Assembly: GCA_023920165.1 (NCBI GenBank)
Contig: CP089274.1
Span: 2,232,001 to 2,296,000 of the forward strand
Direction of reading: 5' to 3'
DNA from: Curvularia clavata
Taxonomy: Eukaryota
DNA length: 64,000 nt
The notes below the pieces were generated by a model, which was given only the letters and a program-made list of their open reading frames with translations, was not told where the DNA came from and searched no databases. This document shows positions 35,351 through 48,573 of this stretch, piece by piece (position 1 is the stretch's first letter; each line of letters opens with the position of its first letter). The translations under genes were made by a program, and so were the position numbers.

Positions 35351-38300
35351 ATGTCGCATTTTAGGCGATATTCGTTCCTGCTAATTGCAGTAGTCTTCCA
35401 TCTGACGTACATATATTCTTGCTTCTCGATTTACTTTGTGAGCCCCATCGTTCATGGCATGCGCGAGCATCGTGTGGAGACGCAAGAAGCCCCCGCGAAG
35501 CGATTGGTACTCTTTGTTGGTACGAGAGACCCTTTTTTCCCCAAAAGTCATCTACAAGCTAATTGTCTTCCAGGCGACGGTCTGCGCGCAGACAAAGCGT
35601 TTCAGTCATTTCCCAATCCTGATCCCAATCCACCAGCCCATCTCGCAGACGATGTAGATACCCCTCGTCCCCTCGCCCCGTTCCTCCGCTCTCGCGTTTT
35701 GGAGAAGGGCACCTTTGGTGTCTCGCATACTCGTGTCCCTACCGAATCGCGGCCTGGTCATGTTGCGCTTATTGCGGGCTTATACGAAGATGTTTCCGCT
35801 GTTACCACGGGATGGAAGCTGAATCCAGTAAACTTCGACAGCGTCTTTAACCGAAGCCGGCATACATGGAGCTGGGGTAGCCCTGATATTCTCCCCATGT
35901 TTGAGGCGGGAGCGGTGCCAGGAAGAGTGGACGCATACTGCTACGCTGCTGAAGACGAGGATTCGTCAAAAGACGCATGGGCATTGGACGAATGGGTTTT
36001 TGAGCGCGTAGAACGACTCTTTGCAGAGGCAAAGACGAACGCAACACTGGATGCTGAGCTGCGACGGGAGAAGAATGTCTTCTTCCTGCACCTGCTCGGA
36101 CTGGACACCACGGGTCATATACACAGGCCGTATTCCTGGCAGTATTTGCACAACCTCCAGATTGTGGACCGTGGGGTGCAGAGGATCACGCAACTTATTG
36201 AAGAGTTCTACAACGACGATAAGACAGCCTTCATCTTCACAGCAGATCATGGCATGAGCGATTGGGGCAGCCATGGCGATGGACATCCGGACAACACACG
36301 TACACCCTTGATTACATGGGGTGCTGGTATCGCGCCGCCAGCGAAGAGCACAAACGGCATTGCCAAAGGGCATACCGAGTTCTCGTCGGACTGGAACCTG
36401 GATGAGATTGAGCGACACGATGTCTCTCAGGCTGATGTCGCGGCTCTGATGGCTTATCTCGTTGGACTCGACTTTCCCACCAATTCTGTCGGAGTTCTGC
36501 CTCTCTCATACCTTGATACGGATATCAAGTCCAAGGCTGAAGCGCTGCTTGTCAACGCCAAGGAGATCCTGGAAATGTATCACGTCAAGGAAGATATCAA
36601 AAAGTCTACTACGCTCAAGTACAAGCCCTTTGCTGGTCTTGGTGACGAGGCACATTCGGTTGAGCATCGCATCTCAGAGATTCAGGCAGCGATTAACAAA
36701 GGCGACGCAGAGGATGCTATCCGCCAGACTTACGATCTGATCAATCTTGGCCTGGAGGGTCTTCGTTATTTGCAGACCTACGACTGGCTGTTTCTGCGAA
36801 CATTGGTCACAGCTGGCTATGTTGGCTGGATGATCTATGCCATTACGACGGTGATTGATCTTCACGTGCTCACAGAGGAAGTGCCGACACAAAGGACGAT
36901 TCCAAGCATGGTGGTATTCTCTTCAGTGCTCGTTGCTCTCTATGGGGTCCTCTTGAAGCAGCAGTCTCCTGTTGTCTACTATGCGTATGCATTCTTTCCA
37001 GTGCTGTTCTGGGAGGAAATTTATGCGCAGAGACTATCACTAGTCCAAGGAGGCAGGATACTGCTGGGTCACCTCAACTCGGGAGCTGATGTAACGAAGC
37101 TTGTTCTGGCAACGCTGGGGTTCTTTGGTCTTCTTGAAGCTCTTGTATGTGGCAAATGCGATGGCCCCGCCGACTCCTTTGTACTGACTGAGAACAGGTT
37201 CAAAGTTACTTCATTCGAGAGATCTACACAGCCTGCTATCTGCTAGCGACATGCTGGCCCATGGTCTACGGCCAGGAGTTTATGCGCAAGAACATGGCAA
37301 CGGTCGCGGCCTGGGTGCTGTCATGTGTATCCATGAGTGCTTTTACGCTTTTGCCTGCAAACAAGGCCGAGGATGTGCGCCTGATGTATGTATACCGAAG
37401 TCCGGTTGTGTTCAACTGCTAACATTACATGCGTAGTCTACTCGGAGGAGCGCTGATGTTCGCTGTGGGAGCGCTCTACCTTGTCTTTGAGAGAAACCTG
37501 GTTGCAGGGTCCAAATCAGAGTCTGAGCTGGCCTCTCACGAACTCAGCAACAAGTCTCGCATCGTCCTCGGCGTCCAACTCGGCCTCGTCTTGCTGTCTA
37601 TGATTGTCACCAAGAGCAGCATCAGCTACCTACAAGCGCGCGAGGGTATACCATATGGTGTGCTTACAATGGGACGAGCGACGCTCGCAGCCTCGCTCGT
37701 AGTGCCGCAACTGCATGGCCTCTATCCCAACAGTCACTACGTGCACCGCCTTGTGGTCATCTTCCTCCAATTCGCGCCGACATTCATCATCCTGTCGATC
37801 TCGTACGAAGGGCTCTTCTACTTTGCCTTTTGCATGTGTCTCTTTAGCTGGATGAGTCTTGAGCAACAGGTCTACCTGCACAGCACATCCAAGCCATCGA
37901 CGTCAGCTATCGCGTCCGACCCGAGCAAGCCAACCAAAGACGCAGCTGTTGACCGCGTCCGCTCCACGCAAAAGGGAGAATACAGGCCATTGACACTGGC
38001 AGACGCACGCACGGCTCTTTTCTTCATTTTCTTCATTCAGTCTGCGTTTTTCAGTGCTTCGAACATTGCGTCGGTGTCGTCGTTTTCTCTCGAGGCGGTG
38101 TACCGGTTGATACCCATTTTCGATCCCTTTTCGCAGGGCGGCTTGCTCATCCTCAAGTTGATGGCGCCGTTTGCAGTGCTATCAGCCAACTTTGGGCTCT
38201 TGAACCGTGGCCTGGGCGTAGCGCCTTCTGCGCTGTTCATGGTGGTCATGGCAGTCAGCGACGTCATGACGCTGAGTTTCTTCTACATGGTCAAGGATGA

Positions 38301-38466
38301 GGGCAGTTGGCTGGACATTGGGACGACGATTAGCCATTTTGTGATTGCGAGTCTGCTGGGCGTGTTTGTGTCAGGGTTGGAGATTTACAGCGAGTGGACG
38401 ATCCGGGGGGTGGAGTTTGGAGGCAAGACATTGGGTGGTGCTAAGGCAAAGGGCAAGGCGGCGTAG
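35351..38466 (+). CDS. MCD4: GPI ethanolamine-phosphate transferase 1 (PIG-N)
   Basis: Motifs LFVGDGLRADK, SHTRVPTESRPGHVA, HLLGLDTTGH, TADHGMSDWGSHGDG and GSWLDIGTTISHF. Three introns. The C-terminal KGKAA fits a KxKxx ER-retrieval signal. Confidence 0.95.
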
Positions 38467-39363
38467 TTAGTACCGTGGAAGGGAGTCAATGCCATAAACT
38501 AGAGTATTTGCTTGTTGCACGGTGTGGGCCGTTGGATGGTGAGAAGAAGCAACAGAGAGCCAGTTCGCATGCACGGGCTACGTAGACCGAGTACCACGGT
38601 TTTGTTGGACAGGATGCCCGTTGTTGAGGTGTTGTGGCGTTGCTGGGCAACAGTTTGTGGCTTTGATGAAGGGTGGGGGGTTGGCTTCTCTATTTGGGGA
38701 TATGGGGAGATGCGGCGGCGACGGACCGGTCCCACGTGGGGTGGGTGTCGTGTATGCACATCATGGAGAGGGCATGGCCTGCACGGGCTGAGCCATGTCG
38801 CGACGGGCGACACGGGTCGCGTCTGTAAATGAGCATAGACGGGTGAACGGCATGGGCGGCATGGATATGATATGACGAGGCTGGGGAGAGGCTGGGCTGC
38901 ACGTAGGCGTTCGGCTCCACCAGACGATTAGTCGGTGGGGGTAGTCGTGCTGGCATGCCATGGCATTGCACATGCTGTGGTCCGGAACCCAATTCTCGCT
39001 GCATACCACAATCAACCAAGGCAGCGCGACGGCTCACTGCAACTGCACTGCGACTGGTTGTATTCTCTTCCGCGGCATATACCTCTGGCAAACGACTTGC
39101 TTTGGGCGTGCCGTTGCCGTCATCCTCGATCCTCTGGAAACGACGGGGGCCGTCCCAACCACCACCCGCTACCCGCCGCCCGACACGACACGCGCCCAGC
39201 CATAGTGCTTCAACCTCGCACTTTTTCTACCAATCTTAGCCCCCCAGACAACCCAACCTTTCTCTTATTTTTCCATCGTGGCGCGAGCTCGCTTCCTGCC
39301 TCTTCCGCGCTTATAACCCCAACAACTGTCTTTGTCCGCCGCAAACTCCTCTTCCCCCCCATA

Positions 39364-40475
39364 ATGTTCTTCAAAAGGTAGCCCGCCAACCTTGGTCCCC
39401 CCTCAACCTCGCCCAGGCTAACCCAATCCAGGAGATCAAGGGCAAACTCCTACGTCGAAAACGAACCCAATCCCCGTTCGCAGTCGTTTGACGACTACGC
39501 AGAGAAGCGCCCGGAATCCAGCCGCAAAGAGTCTCACCACAGCCAACCAATCTCGCTCGACGATCAGGACATGTACCCCCGCCAGCAGCAGCCCCAGGAG
39601 CCCACGTACGCTCAGAGTGCTCCCACCTCCCACAACGCTATGCCCATGAGGACACAGACTGTGCCCTCGACCAGCAACGCGACCCCAATGGGGCTCGGTA
39701 TGCCTGATCTGCTTACTGCCGCCTTCAACCAGGCCGTGCAGCCCTACACAGAGAAGATTGAGCAGCTCGAGAGCCAGCTGGCCGATCTGCAAGCATGGGT
39801 CGACCAGCTCGAGCAACAGCGCGCCGAAGTACACAATTGGATTGACAAGCGCGGCTTGCGACCAGGTATGATGCCTCGCAATATTCACTGCAGACGTCCA
39901 TTTGCTGACTATCCCTAGATGTCCCCGCCTCAATTGCAAAGATCATGGATACCACTACTGCCGACGCTGCGCCCACGCTCAACGCTCAGCTCGACCGCAA
40001 GATCACCATTGTCAACTTTGATCTCCACCGTCTACAAGACGACCTCAACGACTCCATATCCTCATCGCACTTTGCCTCTGCCATGCTCAAGTTCCTACCG
40101 GACATCCAGCGGCTGACGCTTCTGCCATCTGGCCCCCGCTACGCCTTCGACCTCATCCTGAAGCTCGGCGGCAACCTCAACTCGCACGGTGGCATCGATA
40201 GCGCCGATGCCGGCGACATTGCTGCCCGCCGCGACTTCTACAACCGCCTCGACGAGACCATGGTCGATGTTGTCCAGCGCCGCTTTGGCGAGGGCGAGAC
40301 CTGGGACGTCAAGCGCGAAATCAAGCGCATTGAGAAGACGGCTAGTTACCTCAAGACATACGGTGTCGAGCCTTACTTCCCATCGACGCTTGATATGATG
40401 AAGCGCGAGATGGAGTTCCAACCAAATGGTGGCAATATGGGCAACGGTACGGGCACCCCGCCTCGGTTCCACTAA
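39364..40475 (+). CDS. Conserved hypothetical fungal protein with coiled coil
   Basis: Three exons with canonical introns (~39378-39431, ~39865-39918). Strongly biased codon usage. Coiled coil KIEQLESQLADLQAWVDQLEQQR, then WIDKRGLRP|DVP. Confidence 0.7.
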
Positions 40476-41531
40476 ATGCTCCTAGGAGTAGCGTCCGAGC
40501 GAGGCTAGTCGTAACGTCGGATCGACCCATGGGATCCACGAGTTTGGTCCCCCCTAAGCTTCTTTTTTTCGGCTTTTGTTTGGATACCGACCTGCACGCT
40601 TCCCTGGTCCAGAACAGACGCATATCGCGTGTTCTGACGCCTTTTCACTTCCTTCTATGACTCTTTCCCTTTTCTCTAGCCTCTCTTGGGCTTCCTGCTA
40701 GTCTGAGAGAGTATGAGATGGGGGGACAGGGATCCAATTAGGGCAGACGAATTGAAATGCCCTCAACAACGACCCATATACAACCTCTTTGTACTCTAAT
40801 ACTTCCTTTTCATAAGGACACGAATCTCCTTACTTTTTCTTTCCTGTTTTCTATCTAGTTTTTTTTTCCTTTATCTGCACGTGGAAGGTATGTATGGTAG
40901 GGGAGGAGAGGGGAGAAATGCGATTGGATCGGGGTACTGCTCATTGTTTGCATCATACCCGGGTACTCTTTTGATTTTCACACTGCGTATAATGATGTTT
41001 GGCGTTAGTTATGGGAAATGAGAGAGAGATGCGTTAGCATATATCGTCTGGAAGGAAAATTGAGCCAGATCTTTTCCCGACTATGTAGCTAGTGGGCGTG
41101 AGTGAAATGTCAATCTATGAAAAAAAGTATTAGTCGCGTCTTGAAGGGGAGTCGTGTGATGTCATGACCACTACATTCTAACACCTTTTTTCACATTTTT
41201 CATCTTGATAGTCTCGTCTGCATACTGTAGTGTCGTTGAGAAACAATCAGTCTCATTTGTCTATTTGTTCAATTTGAATCTTAACTCAGGGGTATATAGA
41301 ATGAGTAGGGTGAAGTAAATACATACATATCCAAAATCCAGGAAGAAAATCGAAAAAAAAAACATGAAGAAAATATAGGGAATTACGCAGTTGAGAACAA
41401 CAAAAATAAATAAAGGAAAGGGTAAAGAGAGAGAGAGAGAGGTGTGATATCTCTTTGGTCACATGGTTAGGAAAGAGAGGGAAGAAAATGACCAAGAGAC
41501 AGAAAGGAGAGAAGAACAAAGCAGGAGTTAC

Positions 41532-43493
41532 TCAAACAAGTACAGAATCCAACACGGATTCAATCCAAGCTTCCCAGTTATTCCGCTTCATCCCCAATAC
41601 GCCCTTGCCACCAAATCCCTCGTCTTTCCCAACCTCCTTTTGCAGCCCTTCTTTCGCACCCTCACCTTGCGCCTCCCACCATTCTGCCTCAGCCCGCTCC
41701 TTCGCCCTCTTAACCACTCTCTCCTCGTCCTCGACACGGTATAAGTCGCACTTATTACACTCATCGCATGGCTGCCCGGGCCTCTCTCGAAAATGGCCGC
41801 AAAAATGCTGGTATCCCTCAACAGCCAAGCCCTGGCGGCAGATATAGCACATGCTGTATCCGCACAAGCAGACAAGTTTGTTGCAGCCTTCTGATTTTAC
41901 GAAGCCAAGATTGCACTGCGGACAAGTACGTTTTACGGCGTCGGTAGTGGCGCGTTCGAGGGTTAGGCGGAGGGAGTTGAGTTGTGAGGAGAAGCAGGTG
42001 TGTGGATCGTGCCAGGGGAGCGAACATGCGAGACAGGATGCGCGCTGGCAGCTAGGCGAGAGGCACTGGAAGCGTAGGCCCCGGCGCTTCAGGTGGATGC
42101 GGCGGAGGGCTGCTTGGAAGGGGGCGATAACAGGGAGACGGAGGGCGATGGCGACCATGGCGTATAATAGGAGTAAGGCAAAGAGCGTAACTTGCATGAC
42201 TTTGAAGCACAGGAGCTCTAGCAAGGGGATAGACACCAGCGAAGCCATGATGATAGGCCGGGATTTAAACTGCAGCTTAGTGAAAAGGCTTGTACCCGGA
42301 AGCGCGAGATCGTCCAATTCAGCGTAGGAACAAAACGGGCATCGAACCAGCGGCAACTGCGATCTCGTCAACGCATCATTTGCAAACCGCTCGTTGAGTT
42401 TCACAAAATTATCCTTTCCATCCTGTTCTTCCTCAAGCGCTCGCTGCACAAAGCTCAGCGAAATACAACCTTTGCACTCTTCAGACCCGCCAGTCATGGG
42501 TGCTATGCATTTCAAGGTACAGAATTCGGTGTTGATATTGCGTGCCCAGCCTTGATCATACAGGGCCGCGTTAATGGCATGTCGTATGCAGCGGAAACAT
42601 ATATAATGGCCTTCTGCATCACAGGCTGACATTTGTTGCAGTGTGTTGGGTATAAAGCAGCACTCGCAATCGTACATTTCACCGTTCTCTTCAGCCTCCT
42701 CTTCGTTCCATTTCAATGCCAATTCGAAATCTTGTCGCAGCTGCTCGTTGCGGTACTTTTCATGTTCAGGTACGATGAGGGCGTTGTATAGTTCCTGGTT
42801 CAGCTCGTCACTCCTGGTTTTAACCAGCAACGGCATGGACGGTCGGTTCAGCCTCGGGTCGGCGGGCGTCCATATGACTAGGGGGTGATCTTTTGCGCTT
42901 GGGGCTTTGCGCCGCATCAGGAAATTCGTAATACTTGACCTCCAGCTCTTACTTGAAAGTTCTAGTAGCGTTGGCCGTGCGAGTGTGTAGCTCCAGTTGT
43001 ACTCAGCCAGCACTGCCTTTATGGTGGAATGGCTCAAGCCTTTGAACTCCTGGTAAAGGGCTTCCTTTGCAGCGTCCTTATAACGCCGGGAACGAAACTT
43101 GTCTCCAAGCGCTAGGGGCACACCGCGCGTGTCTTTAGGAGCGTCTTCCTTGCGGTACTTGTACTTCTGCGCCGTCTCCCGCTGCTCTTCCTGTTCTGCT
43201 GGCATCCTGTACCTGCCGCGCACATATTTATCCCCGTGTTTCAGCAGCGTCTCCGTAATGACCTGCAGTCTGCTCTCTTCGCTAAAAGTCGAGAGCATCT
43301 CTCGGAATACTTCGGGTTGGACATCTGGGAAAATGTCCGTGAGCGCCTGGAGAGCGGTATTGAGGTCACGGAGATCGGGTTCGTCGAGGCCATGGCTATC
43401 GAGTGAAGGAGTAGAGGCAGGGGTTCTGTCGAGGTTCGAAGAAGGCCGGCGGAGCTTTGGGGGCCGTACGAGGGAAGAGAATACGGCAGACAT
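41532..43493 (-). CDS. RBR (RING-IBR-RING) E3 ubiquitin ligase with N-terminal CUE-like domain (RNF216/TRIAD3-like)
   Basis: CUE-like LTDIFPDVQPEVFREML; RING1 CECCF...HYICFRC; IBR CPFC...CLSPSC...CLAC...HDPHTC; RING2 CPQCNLGFVKSEGCNKLVCLCGYSMCYIC. Confidence 0.88.
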   Translation of the reverse strand: MSAVFSSLVRPPKLRRPSSNLDRTPASTPSLDSHGLDEPDLRDLNTALQALTDIFPDVQPEVFREMLSTFSEESRLQVITETLLKHGDKYVRGRYRMPAEQEEQRETAQKYKYRKEDAPKDTRGVPLALGDKFRSRRYKDAAKEALYQEFKGLSHSTIKAVLAEYNWSYTLARPTLLELSSKSWRSSITNFLMRRKAPSAKDHPLVIWTPADPRLNRPSMPLLVKTRSDELNQELYNALIVPEHEKYRNEQLRQDFELALKWNEEEAEENGEMYDCECCFIPNTLQQMSACDAEGHYICFRCIRHAINAALYDQGWARNINTEFCTLKCIAPMTGGSEECKGCISLSFVQRALEEEQDGKDNFVKLNERFANDALTRSQLPLVRCPFCSYAELDDLALPGTSLFTKLQFKSRPIIMASLVSIPLLELLCFKVMQVTLFALLLLYAMVAIALRLPVIAPFQAALRRIHLKRRGLRFQCLSPSCQRASCLACSLPWHDPHTCFSSQLNSLRLTLERATTDAVKRTCPQCNLGFVKSEGCNKLVCLCGYSMCYICRQGLAVEGYQHFCGHFRERPGQPCDECNKCDLYRVEDEERVVKRAKERAEAEWWEAQGEGAKEGLQKEVGKDEGFGGKGVLGMKRNNWEAWIESVLDSVLV

Positions 43494-44014
43494 GAGGTTT
43501 TGGAGCGTTCAACGCCGCAGAGAAACGTGGTGGCCAGACATGCGGTATCGTGAAGCTGGCTGGCGAAAGAGGAACACGCAACAATCAAATAAACATTATA
43601 AGTGGTTTAAGGGACACGAGGTGAAGCAAAATTGAAGAGCCGTAACAGTATCGTGGGCAAAGTGTAGTGTTAAACCATGGATGACGCGTAGCCCGGGCCA
43701 TCATTATCGCCTGCGCACGTGAGACCTGCATCTCGTATTCAACACCAGTCCAGTCTACAGCACAAGCCTGATAGCGATCAATGGTTGCGCAACTCTTCTT
43801 GGGATACATCTTTCCTTAAACAGTCAATGTGCAATGCAGTCTGTTGAGCCACATATTGTACGAGTTGGTTGTGCAAGTTAGTTGCTTGCTTGTAGCAAAT
43901 GCCCCGCTTCGTGTCAACTTTACAAGCAATGGCATTTGTAACAAACTGACCTTCACGCCTACTACTTTTTCAAGGAAACCCAGGCAATGCGATAGCAGAA
44001 GGAGCGTCTGGAAT

Positions 44015-45866
44015 ATGCAGGAAGCGGAGAATCACCGGCTTGCAGCTGGCTCTAGTCAAATCAATAAGCCAAGTTCCTCAACTGAGATTCCAGTGTCGAA
44101 AGTGGAGACAGCCAATGTTCGTCAAAAAGGAAACCATAGGGGCAGTCACCGTCAAGGGAAGCTGTAAGACGCCTGGTTCAACTTACGAGAGTATGCAGCT
44201 TATTGTGAACATAGAAAATCCAAGAATGCGTCAGGAGGTTTGCCTACTACGCTAGACGTCTCACAAAATCAGGCGTCTAAGACTCAGAAGGTAGCCCAGA
44301 AAAGTCAGCCTGTGAATGAAAGTGCAAAAACTATACCAAAAGGATCTCCGGAGAGTTCAGAGCCGAGAAAAAGTAAACCTCGTCCGGGAAAATCGTACGT
44401 ACACAGGCTGAGTTTATAGACACCAAGCTTATGACTATGACAGTGAGCGTGCAAAGATACAAGCAGCAAAAGCTTCAGTTGCCACAGTCTCCCCTTCTGC
44501 ATCTACGGGAGTTGCAGAACTAGCATCAAAAAGCCAGCAGCCTCTGCTAAGCACAGCGCCTGTCCCAATATCGTCACCTACAACATCGTTCATTCAAGAA
44601 GCACCCACTAAGGCGATACCGTCAAAGCCAATAGAAGGGGAAATTTCTAAATCCACATCCAACCCGATTCAGAAAAAGTCCTTGAAAGGCGCACGTTCAA
44701 AATCACAGGCATGGAAGACAACATGGATGTTGAAAGAAACCACTGGGTCGCCCATACGCAACATTGATACGTTATCGTTGGAGCCGGACACCAACAATAT
44801 CTGCTCCACTGAGGGATTCAATACTCTGTGCACTTACAACTGGCAAAACGATGGCACAATCTACGTGCCCGGTTCGCCACCTAAGTGGAATCCCCCTTCG
44901 TTGCCTGTCACACTAGCTCAGGATACAGGCCGCCAGTTCGTCGATCAAAATGCTGCTCGCGTGCCTAAGTACCCTTTTGAACCAGTCTTCCGAGCGCTCT
45001 CCATTATGAATCCAAACACCAATCTGAACGCCATCGACATCGTCGTCAATCGTAACAGCCTGCGCAAACTTCTCGATCTAGCAGCTGGGAAGAAACTGGA
45101 TCCATTTTGCATGGGCTTGAACATGATCAACAACACTCTGGTCATCAGCCGCAAGGAGCGCAGTGCAGAGCGAATGATCCACGGTGTATCCAACTCCGGC
45201 TACGGACACACCTTCGAACACACGTTTACCACTCCCGAAGACGAGATGAGTAACTCGAGTAGCCACCATAGAGTGATTCGATACCACATTGGTCCTCTCA
45301 ACTGCGTCGTTCGGTTTGAAGTCGATGCCTACTACGACGACCCAAGCACTGAAACCACTACAGCAGAACATGATACCGCAGACCCGCTCACTGAAGCAAT
45401 GGCAAAACTCGCAGTTGCTGAGCCCTCGCCCCCAGCACAAACGACTCGCCGACCCAACCCAGCCGACAAGCCCACGATAGCCGTAGAAAGGGGAACATTC
45501 ATTCCTCCCTCCAAACTCGCCGAAATCAAAGCGAGAAAAGGCTTTCGTCTGTTCGAAGCCATGCCACAGTTGTGGTTTGGACGTACGCCTTACTTCATCA
45601 ATGGCAACCATGACAATGGAACAGTGCACTCGGTCACCATCTCACATGCTGCGGCGCAGTTTGCGCAGTGGGAGACGGCGAATCAGGAGAGGCTAAGGCG
45701 CATGGTGAGTTTGCTGGTGCAGATTAAGAGCGCCATGTGTGAGACGAGGAATGGTGCGGGCTTGCTGGTGTATGATACCAAAGGCGGGCCGTTGAAGATG
45801 TATCAGGCGAAGAATGGGGCGCCAGTTCTGCCGAAGGATATTATTGGGAAGTATTGGGCGATGTGA
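44015..45866 (+). CDS. Uncharacterised fungal protein with Rai1/DXO-like PD-(D/E)XK motifs and a disordered N-terminus
   Basis: Introns 44164-44214 and 44395-44443 join an S/P/K-rich N-terminus to a domain with YNW, VPGSPP.W, DQNAAR, NRNSLRKL, GYGHTFE, HHRVIRY, RFEVDA, EIK and QLWF. The start is uncertain. Confidence 0.7.
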
Positions 45867-46481
45867 CTGAAGGCAGTGTTGGGTGGCGTGGTGCCAGTCA
45901 TTATCGCAGTGTGGTTTGAAATACGGGCCTCAACGAAAGTATATGATGTGGATGTGCCTTGCAGCTTTTGTTAGGCTAACTTCGAGCTAATCAAAATAGC
46001 TACATCTCAGCTAGTAGCCAAGTTGCTACTGGCACGTAAGACAACTACACCTAGCATTGGAACGATGATCTTTACCAAACCAAGCCAAATCGTACCTGAC
46101 ACTGGTCTCAAACAATGGATACGTTTTGTCGAAATCTGTATATCGCGTCGCAGATTGGAGGGCTAGTTTTGATCAAGAAATTATATAGGTTTGAAATTGC
46201 GGTACTGATTAAATAGTGTGAATAGGGGTATCGAGACAGATGTGATCATGCAAACGTCAACATGACTACTGAGACATCGTGAACTCAGGAGTAGCCATAA
46301 GAAAACGCATGAAAATATTCAAAAGGGGAACTTGTCTCAAGGGAAGAAAAAAGCAAGAACAGAACATTGGTATCAAAAATCGAAAACTGAACAGGACAAG
46401 AAAACGATAACAAACATTCGCAGGACGCAAATACAGACACAGCCTCCAATCATGCAGATATGGCAAGTATGTTTGAGACGG

Positions 46482-47454
46482 TTACAACCAAGACCACTCT
46501 ACCTTGACCCTGCCCAGGTCTGGGTCGGCCAACTTTTTGAACATGGCAGGACTGACGTCAAGGTCGACAGCTTTGCAACCGGTGCCTGACACAAGATTAG
46601 CATCGACGTCCTGAATGGTGATGATATGGTCATGTCACTCAGTACTTACATCTGTCGATTACAGTCACGTCGATACTGGCTTCTTTGCCCGTCCTCTCGT
46701 CCACACGGCGGGCGCGAATCTTCTTCCCGCACAGCGTGTTGGTGTTAGGATTGGCGCCAACCTGATTCTTATCCCCTATTGAGTCCACAGATTTAGCCAA
46801 CACGTCACGTTGCAAACGAGCGAATAAGTCTTACAGATGATGTGGGACACAGCCACGACCGGATCACCGTCGCCGTGAGTCTGACCGCATGCACCCAAGC
46901 CCGGGTTGTAGTAGGTCAAGTCACCCTCAACAGTTTGCGCCCCCTCAGGGAGAGGTAGGGCAGCGGTACTGATACATGGAATTAGCAACGGCATACAGCT
47001 CGAGATTGAGATGAATGACATACCTGGACTTGCTAGACAAGCCGACTGCCAGACCAACGATGAGAGCCAGAAGAGAAAGAAACGCGGCGCCGACGATAAT
47101 AAGGAGCGTACGGCGGCCAATGCGATTGTTAAGATATCGTTTATGCGGCGGTAGAAAGTTATCTAAACGGCGAGAAAAGGCTGAGCCCAAGGCGCCTCCC
47201 GCAATAATGCCTCCACCGGCAGCGCGCTGTTTTCCGTGTAGTCCTTGTCCATCTGGGATACTTTGCTCCACCGAGGAGGCGGAGTCGTCAATCGCCGATT
47301 CTTTCTTTTGCCAGTCTGAAGTCGCATCCTGAGCGTGTGGTGCAGCATTGAATCCTGGTCCTAGGGCAGCGCTGGCAGGATCGGCCGGTTCATCTTTCAG
47401 GTGTGCCTGCGCAGGTTGCGGCAACGGTTTTCGGGTGATAGTAACAGAACTCAT
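46482..47454 (-). CDS. Membrane-anchored RlpA-like double-psi beta-barrel (expansin/loosenin/Asp f 7-like) protein
   Basis: TM anchor LLIIVGAAFLSLLALIVGLAVGL, then GDLTYYNPGLGACG, NPNTNTLCGKKI and VTVIDRCTGCKAVDLDVSPAMF...GRVKVEWSWL across three introns. Confidence 0.85.
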
Positions 47455-47941
47455 TTTCTAAGGAAGGACGGCGCGTAACGGGCGCGAAGCAGTGTATGTT
47501 TGGAGAGATTTATATACAATAACGCATCACGCTGCAATGAAGCAATGGCAGTGACAAAGGAGTGAACAGCTCAGGCGAAGCGCCCAAGCCAAGTGCGCAA
47601 CGATAACGGTTCGAGTGGGAGTGTGGAGAAGGAGGGGTCTGGTGGGTCAGAGAGTGAACGTCAACAAGGGGTCAAGGCGGCAAGTACGGAATTCGCCGAG
47701 GCTCTTCCGAACTATGTCAACCTCAACTCGACCACATATGACACTTTACTAAATACCTTTCATTCACACGGTGAACTGGACATCGCCAATAACAGAGACG
47801 TGGTATATTACCTCTTGACTTAAACACCGACAACATCTGCACATCGCCACCTACACTGCCACATACAACGCTTCCCACGGGCACGCCACTGGCCCTACTG
47901 CATCCATCGCACAACCTCCGACACACAGTGAGCAAGCAGCC

Positions 47942-48573
47942 ATGGCTGAGCAAAGCATAAACGTCCCCCAAGTCCTCGTCTTCATCGTCGTCACCTTCCT
48001 AGCCGTACGATGGTATTTTAGCAAGCCCACACCAGCCGCGCCTGGCACGCGAGCAGCCGCCAACCGCACCACGCCGCGTATCAACTTGGCGCAGATAGAC
48101 CAAGTAGCCGAGATGCTGCCGCAGCTGAACAGAAGAGACATTGCATGGGACCTACAGCGGAACGGAGGAAATGTGGCTGCAACAACAGAGAGAGCACTGA
48201 GTGGACGAGGACTGGACACAGTAAGATTTGAACTGCAGACATCTTGTAATAAGAATTTGGTTTACTGATACTGGCATAGGCACCTCCATCTTTCCAAATA
48301 CCTGCTCCAAGAGCTTCTCCTGCGCCTGTTAGAGCCGCTGCTGCGCCAGCGAAACCTTCACACCCTGATTTGATCACAAGATACAATCTCTCTTCGAAGC
48401 TAAACGAAACACCACAGGAAGAGCAAGAAGAGCAACCGAAGAAGAAATCATGGAGCGCGGATAAGAACGAGAGACAGGCGAATCTGCAACGAAGAAGAGA
48501 GGAGATGATTCTCGCTGCACGGAGAAAGCTCGAAGCGCAGGAAAAGGCAAAGGCTTCAGGAGCGGCTGCATAG
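47942..48573 (+). CDS. CUE1: Membrane-anchored CUE-domain ERAD factor (Cue1/Cue4-like)
   Basis: N-terminal TM segment; CUE domain VAEMLPQLNRRDIAWDLQRNGGNVAATTERAL; intron 48221-48279; Ubc7-binding-like tail DLITRYNL...WSADKNERQANLQRRREEMILAARRKL. Confidence 0.82.
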
